Shown: positions 19,275 to 29,423, counted from the stretch's first letter. The stretch is 48,171 nt of DNA from Aquificaceae bacterium (GCA_039630345.1 JBCNVD010000011.1:1-48171); one strand, 5' to 3'. Made by a program: numbers and translations. The notes: generated by a model not told the origin, from the letters alone.

Positions 19275-20808
19275 GCAATTCCTTTATGCTCTCTTTTAAA
19301 ACTTTGTATGCTTGCTCTTTGATAATTGTGGCAATATCTAACTTTGAAAAGGCTTTTGAGATTTCCTCTTCAAGTAGAGCCTGAATCTCTTCTCTGATGA
19401 TGCCACGGAGGTTTTCTGAAATTTGTCTTGAGACATTTTCCGCCCTGAAGTTAGAGCTAAGAATTCTTGCAATTTTTACCTCAGAGAGCTCTTGCTCTAT
19501 GATTTTTGCCAAAAGGGTTTCAAAGTCCGCAGGTATTGCTGCCGGGACTTGCTGAGTGTATACAGGGGGTTTTTCCGGGATGTAAGCCGGTGCAGGAGGT
19601 GCAGGGGGGGGAGCTTCCTGCGTATAAGTTTGCGCCGAAGGCGCGCTCTCTGTAAGATCTTCCTGAGTTTCAGAAACAGTGCTTATCTCTTCAGGAGGGA
19701 ATTCGATGGGTATTCCCTGGGTTGCTGCTTCTTTTACCAGTTCCTCAAGAAGTGAGAAGGCCTTTTCCTGTTTTGGTTCTGGTTGAGCAGGTATTTGCTC
19801 TGGGGCGCTTTGCTGGATTGGAGATGGTTCTGCAAAGGTTGGAGTTAGCTCTTTGGCAAGGTCTTTGAGGTAAGAAACCGCCAGCTGAATGTCTTTTTCG
19901 CGTGAATAGGATTGCTTTTTAGGAAGCGGTATTCTATCAGCATCTATAGCAAACAGGTCATCCAGTAGCAGCACAAAGTGTTTTTCTGAGAGAATTGGGT
20001 CTCCTGCCATTTCAGTGAGGATCCTCTCTGCAAGGTTGCCAGAAATTGTATCAAAAATGACAACATCAGCTTTCCTCGCCGCCGATGGGGATTCTTTCAT
20101 GTTGGAAACTACGCTAATGTCGTAGTGATTTGCAAGGGCAGACTTTAGGTTTTCTATTAGCTGCCTTTCAAAGGCCACTATAAGGAGCTTTGCTTTGCTA
20201 CCCAGGATAGATGGAGCTTGCTGTGGTATAGATGGAGCTTGTGAGGGTATTTCAAATATCTCCTCAAGCATTTGAGGAGGCTGAGAATCAAAGGAAGGCA
20301 TGTCAAGACCAGGTATAGCGGATTCTAACTGTATATCAGAGAACTCCGCAGGGCCTGCCTGAGGTATTGGTTCTGATATTGCTGGCGGTGGCTCTATAAA
20401 GGAGCTGGGAGGAGGAGGAGCTTTTTCTGCGGTCTTTTTAATCATACCTGCTAACGAGCCGCTTGAGATAAGGTTTTGAATCTCAGATATTGCCTTCTCA
20501 CGAGGTATTCCGATTTTAGACTGCGGTGCTATGTTGTTCATATCCACGGGGAATAGCTCGTCTATGAGGACTATGTATTTTGCGTTTTGAAATCTGCTTG
20601 AATACATGGTATTTATATCCTCTTCAGAAAACGCGCCTGATACCGCGTCATACACGATAAGGTCCACTTCTTCTGGTATTGCTTGTACTTCGTAACTTCC
20701 CCTTGCAGCTTCTTCTCCACTCCTTACATGAAAAAATTCATAACCTCTGAAGACCTCTTCCAGCTTTGTAATAAGGGTCTTGTCATAAGATACTACCAAA
20801 ACTCTCAT
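19267..20808 (-). CDS. Protein with two degenerate receiver (REC)-like domains, Pro/Ala/Glu-rich linkers and a helical C-terminus (RomR-like architecture)
   Basis: MRVLVVSYD...VDLIVYD and KLLIVAFE...ADVVIFD REC-like units; PPPP/PAPAY linkers; C-terminal amphipathic helices IATIIKEQAYKVLKESIKELL. Confidence 0.6.
   Translation of the reverse strand: MRVLVVSYDKTLITKLEEVFRGYEFFHVRSGEEAARGSYEVQAIPEEVDLIVYDAVSGAFSEEDINTMYSSRFQNAKYIVLIDELFPVDMNNIAPQSKIGIPREKAISEIQNLISSGSLAGMIKKTAEKAPPPPSSFIEPPPAISEPIPQAGPAEFSDIQLESAIPGLDMPSFDSQPPQMLEEIFEIPSQAPSIPQQAPSILGSKAKLLIVAFERQLIENLKSALANHYDISVVSNMKESPSAARKADVVIFDTISGNLAERILTEMAGDPILSEKHFVLLLDDLFAIDADRIPLPKKQSYSREKDIQLAVSYLKDLAKELTPTFAEPSPIQQSAPEQIPAQPEPKQEKAFSLLEELVKEAATQGIPIEFPPEEISTVSETQEDLTESAPSAQTYTQEAPPPAPPAPAYIPEKPPVYTQQVPAAIPADFETLLAKIIEQELSEVKIARILSSNFRAENVSRQISENLRGIIREEIQALLEEEISKAFSKLDIATIIKEQAYKVLKESIKELLI
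20207..20241. repeat. 14-bp direct repeat at 21-bp period (encodes QAPSI twice)
   Basis: ATAGATGGAGCTTG at 20207-20220 and 20228-20241, in the Pro-rich linker of the 513-aa gene. Confidence 0.8.
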
Positions 20809-21398
20809 TACTTACCCTCCTTTTTCTTGATTATACCCTCCAGTATTGCCTTTGCCTCTATCAGGCTTTGCTTTGGAATGATACCTCCAAAGGCTATTGC
20901 GAGTTTGAGGGCCTTTAATTCAGCAGTGCTTATCAGAATGCCAGAACTCTTATCCACGACCTGTTTGGGTTTTGGCCTCAAGAGAGTGCCAAAAATTGCT
21001 ACTATTGCACCAATTAAACTGATTCCAAGACTGATAGGGTCACTCTTTATAAAGTTTAAAAACTCAGATAGGCTTATGTTTTTATAGTATATGTTAGCCT
21101 GAGTGCTCCCATCTTTGGACTTTGCCAAAACTGAAGCAAAAGAGCTCTGATCCTGACCGTCTTTTATTTTGCTCTGAACAAATACATTATTTACTGGAGA
21201 CCTCACTACCGCCAGATTCTCTTCCGGATTTGGCAATTCTACAGAAGAGCTCTGACCTGCTATGGCTACTACAAAAGTTGCCATGTTTTCTGCTTGCTTT
21301 TTTAGCTTGGTATTTAGGTAAAGAGAGAGAGCTAACCATTGCCCAAATATAGATATTCCAAGACCTATCAAAACCAGAGCAAGAGGCATGTATTTCAT
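20808..21398 (-). CDS. Hypothetical membrane protein (2 predicted TM helices flanking a ~90-aa loop)
   Basis: Hydrophobic segments at about residues 5-28 and 121-140; TAATG overlaps with pmbA and with the 513-aa gene. Confidence 0.7.
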   Translation of the reverse strand: MKYMPLALVLIGLGISIFGQWLALSLYLNTKLKKQAENMATFVVAIAGQSSSVELPNPEENLAVVRSPVNNVFVQSKIKDGQDQSSFASVLAKSKDGSTQANIYYKNISLSEFLNFIKSDPISLGISLIGAIVAIFGTLLRPKPKQVVDKSSGILISTAELKALKLAIAFGGIIPKQSLIEAKAILEGIIKKKEGK

Positions 21399-22711
21399 TA
21401 CTCACCTCCTATGTAAAGCCCGCTTACTTTTAAGCTCGGAGAGCCAACATTTAAATAAAAGCAAAGGTCGTTGCCGACTAAGGTGATGTTTTTAAAGACC
21501 TGCCTGATGTTGCCGCTTACGGTCATTCCCCTCACCGCGCTCACCTTTTTACCCCCTCTATACATAATACCAGAAAATCCAAGAGAAAAATCTCCAGAGA
21601 CCTCATCGACAGTATGAGCCCCAAGGAGCTCAAGAATCAAAATCACATCCCCTGATAGCATCTCCTCAAGAGGCGTATCCCCTTGCATTATAAAGAAATT
21701 ACTAACCCCGGACTCTGGCTTTGCTCTGTAGCTACTTCTATATGCGTTTCCGGTGCTGGTTCTTTTAAGAGCCCTTGCGCTATAAAGCCCGTGCAAAAAT
21801 CCCTTCAAAGCCCCTCTTTCTATAAGGATGTTTTTCCCGGTTTTTGTCCCCTCTGCGTCAACGGGCAAGGTAGAATACCCCCCTGGCATATCTCCCCAAT
21901 CTACTAAGTTTAATAACTCCGAAAAAACTTCCTGACCCTCAAGGTCTTTTAAGGCGCTTTTGCCCCTAAGAACCATATCCCCAAGGAATATGCCCTCAAA
22001 AGCCTCAATTAGCTGCGATGCTGCAAAAGGAGAAAACACAACATCGTAAATCCCGGAGCTCAAACACACCCCTTTTAAAAGATAGATTGCATCCTGAGTT
22101 GCTTCGCTCACCATCCTTGATAGCTCAAGGTCTCTAAAGTGCCTGGCACCCAGAGCTCTATAAGCCATGGAGCTATCCCCGTCCTCTGTGGCAACTAGCG
22201 CAATAGAAGCATCAAAAAAAGACCCTCTGTGGAAGTATTCAAGCCCTCTGGAACTTGCACAAAAAACCTCTGAAAGCGTCTCTGACAGCTCACATAGCTC
22301 AACACTATCTATGCGCCCATCCATCTCAAGAGCTTTTTTTTCTAATGATATAAGTATCTCAATCCGCCCTTCGGGCGATTCAGAAAAGACCCCGCTATCT
22401 AACTCCCCCTTTAATTCGCCAAGATCCTCCCCCTCAGGAACGCAAATCGCCTCATCAGGTTCAGATATGTCGCAGAGTTCTTTTGCAAACCTCAGGCACT
22501 CTTCAAAATCTTTAAGCTCATCGCAATAAGCAAACCCCACTTTTGAATCTTTAAAAACCCTGACTCCTACCCCTGAACTGCTTGATATTTCTACCCTCTC
22601 TGGCTTTTGATTTGCAACTCTGTAAGTCCTTTCCAGAGTTTTTTCAAAGTAAATCTCAAAGTCGTAAGAGCCATTTAAGACATTTTTTGCCCTTTTTATA
22701 AGCTCTCTCAT
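21398..22711 (-). CDS. pmbA: PmbA/TldE protein
   Basis: TldD/PmbA fold motifs (GVGVRV, DAEG, STGNA.R, SGDFSLG, VGSPSL) without the HExxH motif. Confidence 0.9.
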   Translation of the reverse strand: MRELIKRAKNVLNGSYDFEIYFEKTLERTYRVANQKPERVEISSSSGVGVRVFKDSKVGFAYCDELKDFEECLRFAKELCDISEPDEAICVPEGEDLGELKGELDSGVFSESPEGRIEILISLEKKALEMDGRIDSVELCELSETLSEVFCASSRGLEYFHRGSFFDASIALVATEDGDSSMAYRALGARHFRDLELSRMVSEATQDAIYLLKGVCLSSGIYDVVFSPFAASQLIEAFEGIFLGDMVLRGKSALKDLEGQEVFSELLNLVDWGDMPGGYSTLPVDAEGTKTGKNILIERGALKGFLHGLYSARALKRTSTGNAYRSSYRAKPESGVSNFFIMQGDTPLEEMLSGDVILILELLGAHTVDEVSGDFSLGFSGIMYRGGKKVSAVRGMTVSGNIRQVFKNITLVGNDLCFYLNVGSPSLKVSGLYIGGE

Positions 22712-23428
22712 CTAAAACCCTCTCAAAGCTTTAAAATAAAAAGGAGCCGTAAAGATTAGAGCATCCAGCCTATCCAAAAGCCCCCCATGCTCTCCAAGAG
22801 CTTTTGAAAAGTCTTTGATTCCTGCCTGACGCTTTACAAAGCTCATTACAAGGTCGCCAATAATTGAGGCCAAAACCAGCGAAAGCCCCCACTTTAGAGT
22901 AAATCTAGTTCCTTCAAGAATGAAAAGAACCAAAACCCCCGCTATTATTCCGCCTATTAATCCCTCCAGAGTTTTGTTTGGCGATAGCTTTCCAAATATC
23001 TTCCTCTTGCCAAATGCCTTGCCAGATAGATAAGACACTGTGTCAACGCTCCATACGAATATGAAAAATTTTATTAAAGCCATTGCCCCAAACTCCTGTT
23101 TAATCTTAAGAACATAAACAGGCAAAATCCCGCAAATAAGCCCTATAGCCTGAGCTTTCAAAAAAGCATCCTGGCTCCATCTTATTAGCCCTTGTAAAAA
23201 AGAGACTGCAATAACAGCACCAAGACCAAGATTAAAAAAAGCCTCTGCTAAAAACCCAAAAAAGGCGCTATAAACCCCATTTAAATTAAGAGCTCTGGAT
23301 AGCTCAAGCGTTATAAAAAGAGATATTAAAAAAACTCCCATAAAAAAAGCCCAGTGTGGCAAAAGGGCAAGAGCTGTTGAAAAAGCGCCGTAGATTATCG
23401 CTACGCTATACCTTCCTGACAGAGCCAA
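22712..23428 (-). CDS. cdsA: Phosphatidate cytidylyltransferase
   Basis: VWSVDT..Y..GK.FG, LSPNKT.EG, GDL..S..KR..GIKD, GEHGGLLDRLD; follows uppS; start approximate (TTG). Confidence 0.92.
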   Translation of the reverse strand: MALSGRYSVAIIYGAFSTALALLPHWAFFMGVFLISLFITLELSRALNLNGVYSAFFGFLAEAFFNLGLGAVIAVSFLQGLIRWSQDAFLKAQAIGLICGILPVYVLKIKQEFGAMALIKFFIFVWSVDTVSYLSGKAFGKRKIFGKLSPNKTLEGLIGGIIAGVLVLFILEGTRFTLKWGLSLVLASIIGDLVMSFVKRQAGIKDFSKALGEHGGLLDRLDALIFTAPFYFKALRGF

Positions 23429-24095
23429 ACCTTCTTTCCCTCTTTGAATATTCCTCAAGCGCTTTATAGAGCTCTTCTTTTGTAAAATCAGGCCAGTAAG
23501 TGTATGTAAAATAAAGCTCTGTATAGGCCAGATTAAAGAGCAAAAAGTTAGACAGTCTCATCTCCCCTGCGGTTCTTATAAGCAAATCAGGATCAGGAGC
23601 TCTTGATAGGTCCATATGAGCTCTTAGCGTTTCTTCATCGACTGACTTATAGCCGCTTTTTAATAGCCGGTTGATTGCCCTGACTATGTCGTCTCTTCCC
23701 CCGTAATCAAGCGCTATATTTAGCTCCAGCCTTATGTTTCTTGGAATGTTTGACTCTACTTTTGATATGAGTTTGTCCAGTTTTTGCGGAATTCTGTCTC
23801 TTCTTCCTATGAAGTTTGCACGAACGCCCATTTTTAAAAGCTTTTGAGAGTTTTGAATGATGTATCTTTCAAGCAAGCCAAAGAGCGTTTGCACCTCGCT
23901 TGCAGGTCTTTTCCAGTTTTCCGTTGAAAAGACAAAAAGGGTCAACCACTTTATGCCAAGTTCCAAGCACTCATTTAAGAGCTCTTCCGCCCTCTTTACC
24001 CCCTCGTAATGCCCTGCTACTCTTGGAAGGCCTCTCTCTGTTGCCCACCTTCCGTTTCCGTCCATAATAACTGCCAGATGTTTAGGCAGCTGCAT
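23406..24095 (-). CDS. uppS: Undecaprenyl diphosphate synthase (isoprenyl transferase)
   Basis: Start refined to MQLPKHLAVIMDGNGRWA; FSTENWKRP, YGGR.DI, DLLIRT.GE.RLSNFLL, WPDF, RERRFG. Confidence 0.97.
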   Translation of the reverse strand: MQLPKHLAVIMDGNGRWATERGLPRVAGHYEGVKRAEELLNECLELGIKWLTLFVFSTENWKRPASEVQTLFGLLERYIIQNSQKLLKMGVRANFIGRRDRIPQKLDKLISKVESNIPRNIRLELNIALDYGGRDDIVRAINRLLKSGYKSVDEETLRAHMDLSRAPDPDLLIRTAGEMRLSNFLLFNLAYTELYFTYTYWPDFTKEELYKALEEYSKRERRFGSVRKV

Positions 24096-24096
24096 C

Positions 24097-24804
24097 TTAT
24101 CTCCCAAGCCTGGCTCTTGCCGCCTTTGCCTCCTCAGAGAGTGGATAGTCATTTATAATCATCTCGTAAAACTCTCTTGCTTTTGCAATGTCTGCCCTTC
24201 TTTCGAAAATTCCCGCAAGTTGCATAAGTGCCCCCGGAGCTTTGTTGCAATCAGGGAGCTCTGACTTTTTACACTTTTCAACCAAGGTCAGCCAAACCGC
24301 CTCTGCTTTGTTTATCTCCCCAAGGTCTCTATATACAACCCCTAGCCACATATATGCGTTGTCGGTCAGGTTTGTCGCTGGAAAGCGCTTTATGTAGTCT
24401 ATAAACTTTTCCTTTGCCTGATTGAGCTGTCTGAAGTTATATAGCTTTAGAGCCTCTTCGTATAGCTTTTCATGCTCTTGCATCTGAGTTTGCATTTGCA
24501 CCTGAGTTTGCTGTGTCTGAGTTTGCGTCTGCGGTCTTTCAGGCGCAATTATCGCCCCTTGAGATTGCTGCCTATCTCTACCTGCTTTTAAACGCTCTAG
24601 CTCAAGCCTGGTTGTGCTTAAGCTCTCTGAAATAATATCAAGCCTTGACTCTATTCTCACATTCCTGTCTTCTATGGCTTTTTGTCTCTCGTCAAGCTGT
24701 GCTATTTTGCTATCTATCAAAGCAAACCTTTTATCTATCTCCTCTTTGCTAACTCCTGCGCAGGAAAACAGGGCAAACAAAATCGCCAATGCCATTATTT
24801 TCAT
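24097..24804 (-). CDS. CpoB/YbgF-like TPR lipoprotein
   Basis: Lipobox LFSC, coiled coil, Q/T-rich linker, TPRs (LYEEAL..Y, F.DYIKRFP..NL.DNAY.WLG, II.DYP.SEEA..A..RL). Confidence 0.8.
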   Translation of the reverse strand: MKIMALAILFALFSCAGVSKEEIDKRFALIDSKIAQLDERQKAIEDRNVRIESRLDIISESLSTTRLELERLKAGRDRQQSQGAIIAPERPQTQTQTQQTQVQMQTQMQEHEKLYEEALKLYNFRQLNQAKEKFIDYIKRFPATNLTDNAYMWLGVVYRDLGEINKAEAVWLTLVEKCKKSELPDCNKAPGALMQLAGIFERRADIAKAREFYEMIINDYPLSEEAKAARARLGR

Positions 24805-24812
24805 AAGTGTCA

Positions 24813-24821
24813 ATTATAACA
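24813..24821 (-). promoter_or_regulatory. Extended -10 promoter (TGtTATAAT) 8 nt upstream of the cpoB-like ATG
   Basis: Perfect consensus with no SD between it and the ATG; one example of the recurrent pattern described in the findings. Confidence 0.6.
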
Positions 24822-24841
24822 ACAAAGAGATTAAGCTAATC

Positions 24842-25129
24842 TTATTTACTCCCCTTTTTAAGCAAATAAACTTCCTCCCCCTCTCGCTGAAGCAGCAGAA
24901 ACTGCCTTATAAACCTGTCTTTGTAAAACTCAGGATACTGCTTTATAGCCACGGCAGTCTGCTTTAGCTTCTCGTTTTCCTCTCTGTATTTCTCAATCTT
25001 CTTATCAAGAGCCTTGCTTGCCCTTATAAGCTGCACGGTTTTAAAAACATTAAACTCTGAGAAAAAGAGGTTGTTAAAGAGGTAAATGCCGCAAAGCAAA
25101 GAGAAAACCTTTGGCACTAACTTAACCAA
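24842..25129 (-). CDS. FtsB/DivIC-like septum formation initiator
   Basis: Single TM, coiled coil (EENEKLKQ), IRQ...L.REGEEVY; directly downstream of eno, the known eno-ftsB synteny. Confidence 0.7.
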   Translation of the reverse strand: MVKLVPKVFSLLCGIYLFNNLFFSEFNVFKTVQLIRASKALDKKIEKYREENEKLKQTAVAIKQYPEFYKDRFIRQFLLLQREGEEVYLLKKGSK

Positions 25130-26385
25130 GGATAAACCTCTTTACCCAAAAACCTTGCCTTTTTGCCAAGCTCTTCCTCTATTCTCAAAAGCTCGTTGTA
25201 TTTTGCAGTCCTTTCAGAGCGTGCAATAGACCCTGTTTTTATCTGGCCTGCATTGCAGGATACTGCAAGATGTGCTATAAAACTATCTTCGCTCTCTCCG
25301 GAGCGATGGGAAACTATAGCTTTGTATCCTAAATCTTTGGCAAGTCTTATCGTGTCAAAGGTCTCGCTTAGAGTTCCCACCTGATTTGGCTTAATCAGCA
25401 CCGCATTGGCGATTTTTTTCTCAATTCCCTCTTTTAAAATCTCAAAGCTGGTAACAAAAAGGTCATCCCCAACCAGCTGGACATTTCTTAGCTCTTTGGT
25501 TATTAACTTCCAGCCCTCCTCATCGCTTTCTGCCATAGGGTCTTCAAGCGAAACTATGGGAAAATCCTTAATCAAAGCCTTATAAAACTCACAGAGCTCT
25601 GTGGAGCTTAAATCCTTCCCTTCAATTCTGTATTTTCCGTTTTCGTAAAGCTCTGAAGCGGCGCAATCAAGCGCTATAAAAACATCTTCACCCGGGTTAA
25701 ATCCCGCCTTTTCAATTGCCATCAGCAAAATCTCAAGCGCCTCTTTAGTGCTTTTTAACCTTGGCGCAAAGCCCCCTTCATCGCCAAGGGCAACAGATAG
25801 GTTTTTACTCTTTAGTATCTCCTTAAGCTCATAAAAGCAAAGAGCCCCCATTCTTAGACTCTCAGAAAAGCTCTCTGCCCCTGCGGGCACTATCATAAAC
25901 TCCTGGATGTCAAGTCCGCTATCTGCGTGAACCCCGCCGTTGATAAAGTTCATCAAAGGCACAGGCATAACGCAGGCTATTTCCCCCCCAAGATACTTAT
26001 AAAGTGGCATCTTATACTCTTTTGAAAGCGCCCTTGCAAGCGCAAGACTGACCCCAAGAATAGAGTTGGCCCCAAGTCTTGACTTATTTGGCGTTCCATC
26101 AAGCTCTATCAAAAGCCTGTCAACTAAATAAATGTCCGCACTTACCCCATAAAGCACTTTTGAAATCTCATTATTTACTCTCTCTAAAGCCTTTGAAACC
26201 CCCTTTTTACCAAAAGGCCCGCTCTCATCTCTTAGCTCAAGCGCCTCTCTATCCCCTCTTGATGCCCCGCTTGGCACTATCGCACTCCCAAAGGCCCCTG
26301 AACTTAGGCCCACAATTACTTCAATCGTTGGGTTCCCCCTTGAGTCAAAGACCTGCCTGGCTTTAACCTCTTTTATAGTTAGCAT
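25117..26385 (-). CDS. eno: Enolase
   Basis: Start refined to [75 protein letters not shown]. Confidence 0.98.
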   Translation of the reverse strand: MLTIKEVKARQVFDSRGNPTIEVIVGLSSGAFGSAIVPSGASRGDREALELRDESGPFGKKGVSKALERVNNEISKVLYGVSADIYLVDRLLIELDGTPNKSRLGANSILGVSLALARALSKEYKMPLYKYLGGEIACVMPVPLMNFINGGVHADSGLDIQEFMIVPAGAESFSESLRMGALCFYELKEILKSKNLSVALGDEGGFAPRLKSTKEALEILLMAIEKAGFNPGEDVFIALDCAASELYENGKYRIEGKDLSSTELCEFYKALIKDFPIVSLEDPMAESDEEGWKLITKELRNVQLVGDDLFVTSFEILKEGIEKKIANAVLIKPNQVGTLSETFDTIRLAKDLGYKAIVSHRSGESEDSFIAHLAVSCNAGQIKTGSIARSERTAKYNELLRIEEELGKKARFLGKEVYPWLS

Positions 26386-26390
26386 TTTTT

Positions 26391-27836
26391 CTATTTTAAT
26401 AGGCGAAGGGGGGAGTGCCCCCCTTCGACCCCCCCTAAAAAAGCTGGCGCAAAGCAAAGAACCCCGGTTATAAAAGCGGGCAAGGTCATGCTCTTTGGGA
26501 TGCTTTTTTTTCCAATATTGGCTTTCCCCTCCCACATTCTAATGGCAGGAACGACCAGATAAATAGCGGTCAAAACCCCGCTTAAAAACAGAAGCGGCTC
26601 AACCCACCAAAGATTAAAATCTTCGCCTGCTGTCTTTAGCATCTCTTTGCTCATATATCCAAGACTCATGGGAAAGCCCGCAAGAGCAACAGAAGAAATC
26701 AAAAAAGAAAAGCTCGTAAGTGGCATCATTATGCCTACTGACTTTAGCTCGTAAATCTTTTTAGCCCCTATGGCGTTTTCGTAATTGCCCGCACACATAA
26801 AGAGCGTTATTTTCATAATCCCGTGGGCAAAGATGTGAAATGTCCCTGCAAGTATTCCGCTATTTCCAACCATCAAAAACCCAAGCAATATGTAAGACAT
26901 CTGACTAACTGTGGAAAAGGCAAGCCTTTTTTTAATCTCTTTCTGAAAAAGCGCAAAAATAGAGCCTGATAAGATGCTCATTCCCGCAAAATAACAAAGA
27001 GGTTCGTAAATTCCAAGCGACAAAACTATATCCTGACCAAAAAGATAGTAAATTAACCTCCCTATTCCAAAAGCCCCTGCCTTTACTACCGCAACCGCAT
27101 GCAAAAGGGCGCTAACCGGCGCAGGCGCAACCATTGCGTTAATAAGCCACGAATGCAGTGGAAAAGCCCCTGCCTTTACCGCCATTGAGAAAAAAAGCGC
27201 CAAAAATGTAGCCTTTGCCAGCTCTGGGTTTTCATCCGCAAACCTAGCCAGATTCCTATCCCCTCCAGAAACAAAGTCGGCACTATCTGCAAGGGCATAA
27301 ATAGCCCCTACTGAAAGGAGCATCACTGCTCCTGAGCCAAGAGTGTAAATTAGATAAATCCCCCCTGCCTTTATGGCATTTTCAGTGCCTTTATGCACAA
27401 CCAGAGGATAAGTGCTTAAAGTCAAAAGCTCGTAAAAGAGAAAAAAGCTCAGCATATTGCCCGATAGGGCAATTCCCATCGTTGAACTAATAGCAAGGTT
27501 AAAAAAAGTAAAAAATCTTCTCCTGTTTTCCGAACCTTCCAGATATCCAACCGCGTAAACTGTTGTCAAAAACCACAAAAATGACGACAGCACAACAAAA
27601 ACAAGCCCAAAATCATCCAGCTTAAGAACTACTTCAAGACCCTCCAATATCTCAAAAGAGAGCTCTGGTTTTGTGTCTGTTTTAAGTATATAAACTACTA
27701 CCCCCAGCTTGTAAACTCCTGCAAGGAGGTTTATAAAAGTCCTTAACCTTATTGATGTTTCACCTATTAAAGATATTAAAACGCTCGCAATAAAGGAGCT
27801 AAGTAGCAAACTAAGAATCAAAACCCCCCCTATCAA
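26391..27836 (-). CDS. Mrp/Mnh antiporter subunit D-like, second copy (proton-conducting membrane subunit)
   Basis: Multi-[60 protein letters not shown]. Confidence 0.85.
   Translation of the reverse strand: MIGGVLILSLLLSSFIASVLISLIGETSIRLRTFINLLAGVYKLGVVVYILKTDTKPELSFEILEGLEVVLKLDDFGLVFVVLSSFLWFLTTVYAVGYLEGSENRRRFFTFFNLAISSTMGIALSGNMLSFFLFYELLTLSTYPLVVHKGTENAIKAGGIYLIYTLGSGAVMLLSVGAIYALADSADFVSGGDRNLARFADENPELAKATFLALFFSMAVKAGAFPLHSWLINAMVAPAPVSALLHAVAVVKAGAFGIGRLIYYLFGQDIVLSLGIYEPLCYFAGMSILSGSIFALFQKEIKKRLAFSTVSQMSYILLGFLMVGNSGILAGTFHIFAHGIMKITLFMCAGNYENAIGAKKIYELKSVGIMMPLTSFSFLISSVALAGFPMSLGYMSKEMLKTAGEDFNLWWVEPLLFLSGVLTAIYLVVPAIRMWEGKANIGKKSIPKSMTLPAFITGVLCFAPAFLGGVEGGHSPLRLLK
26404..26427. 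repeat. Perfect 10-bp GC-rich inverted repeat, with an extra C7 tract at 26429-26435
   Basis: CGAAGGGGGG-AGTG-CCCCCCTTCG in the last codons of the mnhD-like gene, just upstream of eno. Confidence 0.9.
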
Positions 27837-29188
27837 AATCCAAAAACCCCCCCTGCAAAGGATAAAAGCCCAAGAGAAAATGCAGAAAGCTCCATCCAGA
27901 TTGGTATGTATCCTTTTGGCTTTCTCTCGCTCTTTTCAAAGCACTCTTTCCACAAAGGATATATGTAAAGCCCTGCTAAAAGCCCCCCCAGAATTGCAGC
28001 TATGCCTATGTAATATAGTCCAGATTCTATACTGCCTTTGAGGATCAAAAACTTTGCTATAAACCCACCACTTGTAGGAAGCCCCATCAAAGAAGCGCCG
28101 GAGAAGAATATCCCGAAAAAGGTAAGAGGATGTCTGCTTGCAAAATCAGGCATCAGAGATATCTCGTCGCTATTTGATACATAAATTGAGTTTCCGGATG
28201 CAAGAAACATGCTTGCCTTTGCAAGAGCATGAGTAAAAGCATGCAAACTCAGGGCTTTAACTGCATCGTCTTTTAAATTTTCAAACTCAAATAGTGGTAA
28301 AATCAAAAAAATATATCCAATCTGGGCCACAGTAGAATATGCAAGCAATGTCTTTATTGTTTGCTGTCTCATTGCCATAATAGAGCCGAAAGCTATGGCA
28401 ATAGCCCCAAGAGCGCTTAAAACTATCTGCAAATAACCTGTGTTGAATTCGATTATGAGTCTTGCAATTAAGTATGCCGGGGGTTTTACCAAAAGTGCGG
28501 AAAGTATAGCGCTTGCAGGCGATAGCGCGCTTGCGTGCGCAGGCACAAGCCAGAAATGAAAAGGAAAAAGCGCACACTTTATAGCCACAGATATCGCAAT
28601 AAGCCCCATAGCATACTCAAAAAAAGGGCTATTTTTACTCAAAAAGTCAGAAATGCTTAGAGTCCCTGCTTTTAAATATATAACCCCTACGCTCATTAAA
28701 TACATCAAAGAAGCCATCAAAGATATAAACAGATAATCAATACTTGCCTTTATAGCCTTGGAAGTTTTTGCGGATGCAACCAAGCTAACCCCTGCAAGAG
28801 ACAAAACCTCAAGGGCAACATAGAGGTTAAAAAAATCTTCAGAGAGAAAAAACCCGTTTAAACCGGTCCATACGCTAAAGAAAAAAACCCAGAAAAATCC
28901 CGATGACTTTTTAAAAAAACTCAAAGAGTATATACTTACAAAAAAACAAACCAGCGCAGTCATCAGTATAAAGTTTGCAGAAAGAGTATCAAGCCTTAAG
29001 CCTATCCCCAGAGGAACCAGCCAGCCACCTACAGTCTCAAACCCATCTTTTGATATATAAGCCCTGAAAGACAGAAAAAGCGTAATAGAGCTTATAAAAA
29101 TAACTATAAAAGACCTGAATCTTTTAATAAGTCCAAGACTTACCCCCAGCAAAGGAACCCCTACCAAGAGCCCCAGCTCACTGCTCAT
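27833..29188 (-). CDS. mnhD: Mrp/Mnh antiporter subunit D
   Basis: GGW..P.GI.LR.D.LS, D.FNLYV.LE, K.ALFPFHFWL.PAH..A..P.SAILSAL.VK, LAYSTVAQIGY. Confidence 0.88.
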   Translation of the reverse strand: MSSELGLLVGVPLLGVSLGLIKRFRSFIVIFISSITLFLSFRAYISKDGFETVGGWLVPLGIGLRLDTLSANFILMTALVCFFVSIYSLSFFKKSSGFFWVFFFSVWTGLNGFFLSEDFFNLYVALEVLSLAGVSLVASAKTSKAIKASIDYLFISLMASLMYLMSVGVIYLKAGTLSISDFLSKNSPFFEYAMGLIAISVAIKCALFPFHFWLVPAHASALSPASAILSALLVKPPAYLIARLIIEFNTGYLQIVLSALGAIAIAFGSIMAMRQQTIKTLLAYSTVAQIGYIFLILPLFEFENLKDDAVKALSLHAFTHALAKASMFLASGNSIYVSNSDEISLMPDFASRHPLTFFGIFFSGASLMGLPTSGGFIAKFLILKGSIESGLYYIGIAAILGGLLAGLYIYPLWKECFEKSERKPKGYIPIWMELSAFSLGLLSFAGGVFGF

Positions 29189-29423
29189 AATTTAAGGAAA
29201 TAAGAGCCACTGCAAGAGCGGTAGCGCTTACAGACACAACAAGCCCGGTTAACACAAGAGCCTGAGGCACAGGGTCTCCTACTCCCCCTGCTATTAGGTA
29301 AATAAAAACCCCGCTTGATAATATGTTTGCGCTTATTAACCTTTTGCCAAGAGACCTAAAGGCCAAAAGACCAAAAATACCAATACAGGCGATCAAAACC
29401 CCAAGGTAAAGATATAAGTTCAT
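29178..29423 (-). CDS. mnhC: Mrp/Mnh antiporter subunit C
   Basis: 3 TM; diagnostic DPVPQALVLTGLVV motif. Confidence 0.9.
   Translation of the reverse strand: MNLYLYLGVLIACIGIFGLLAFRSLGKRLISANILSSGVFIYLIAGGVGDPVPQALVLTGLVVSVSATALAVALISLNYEQ

Noticed and set aside
22361..22380. Small hairpin CGCCC-TTC-GGGCG inside pmbA
   Set aside because: Short, mid-CDS, no U-tract; compatible with chance.
26386..26535. N-terminal extensions in the ORF track for eno (also accC, uppS, ppa, kdsD, mglA, mnhE, rpmF)
   Set aside because: They overlap neighbouring genes and precede the conserved N-terminal motif; downstream starts have an SD or a -10 box.
26391..29423. Complex I nuoK/L/M/N or hydrogenase membrane arm
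   Set aside because: The DPVPQALVLT motif (MrpC) and the mnhE/F/G genes in the window favour Mrp; no redox subunits nearby.
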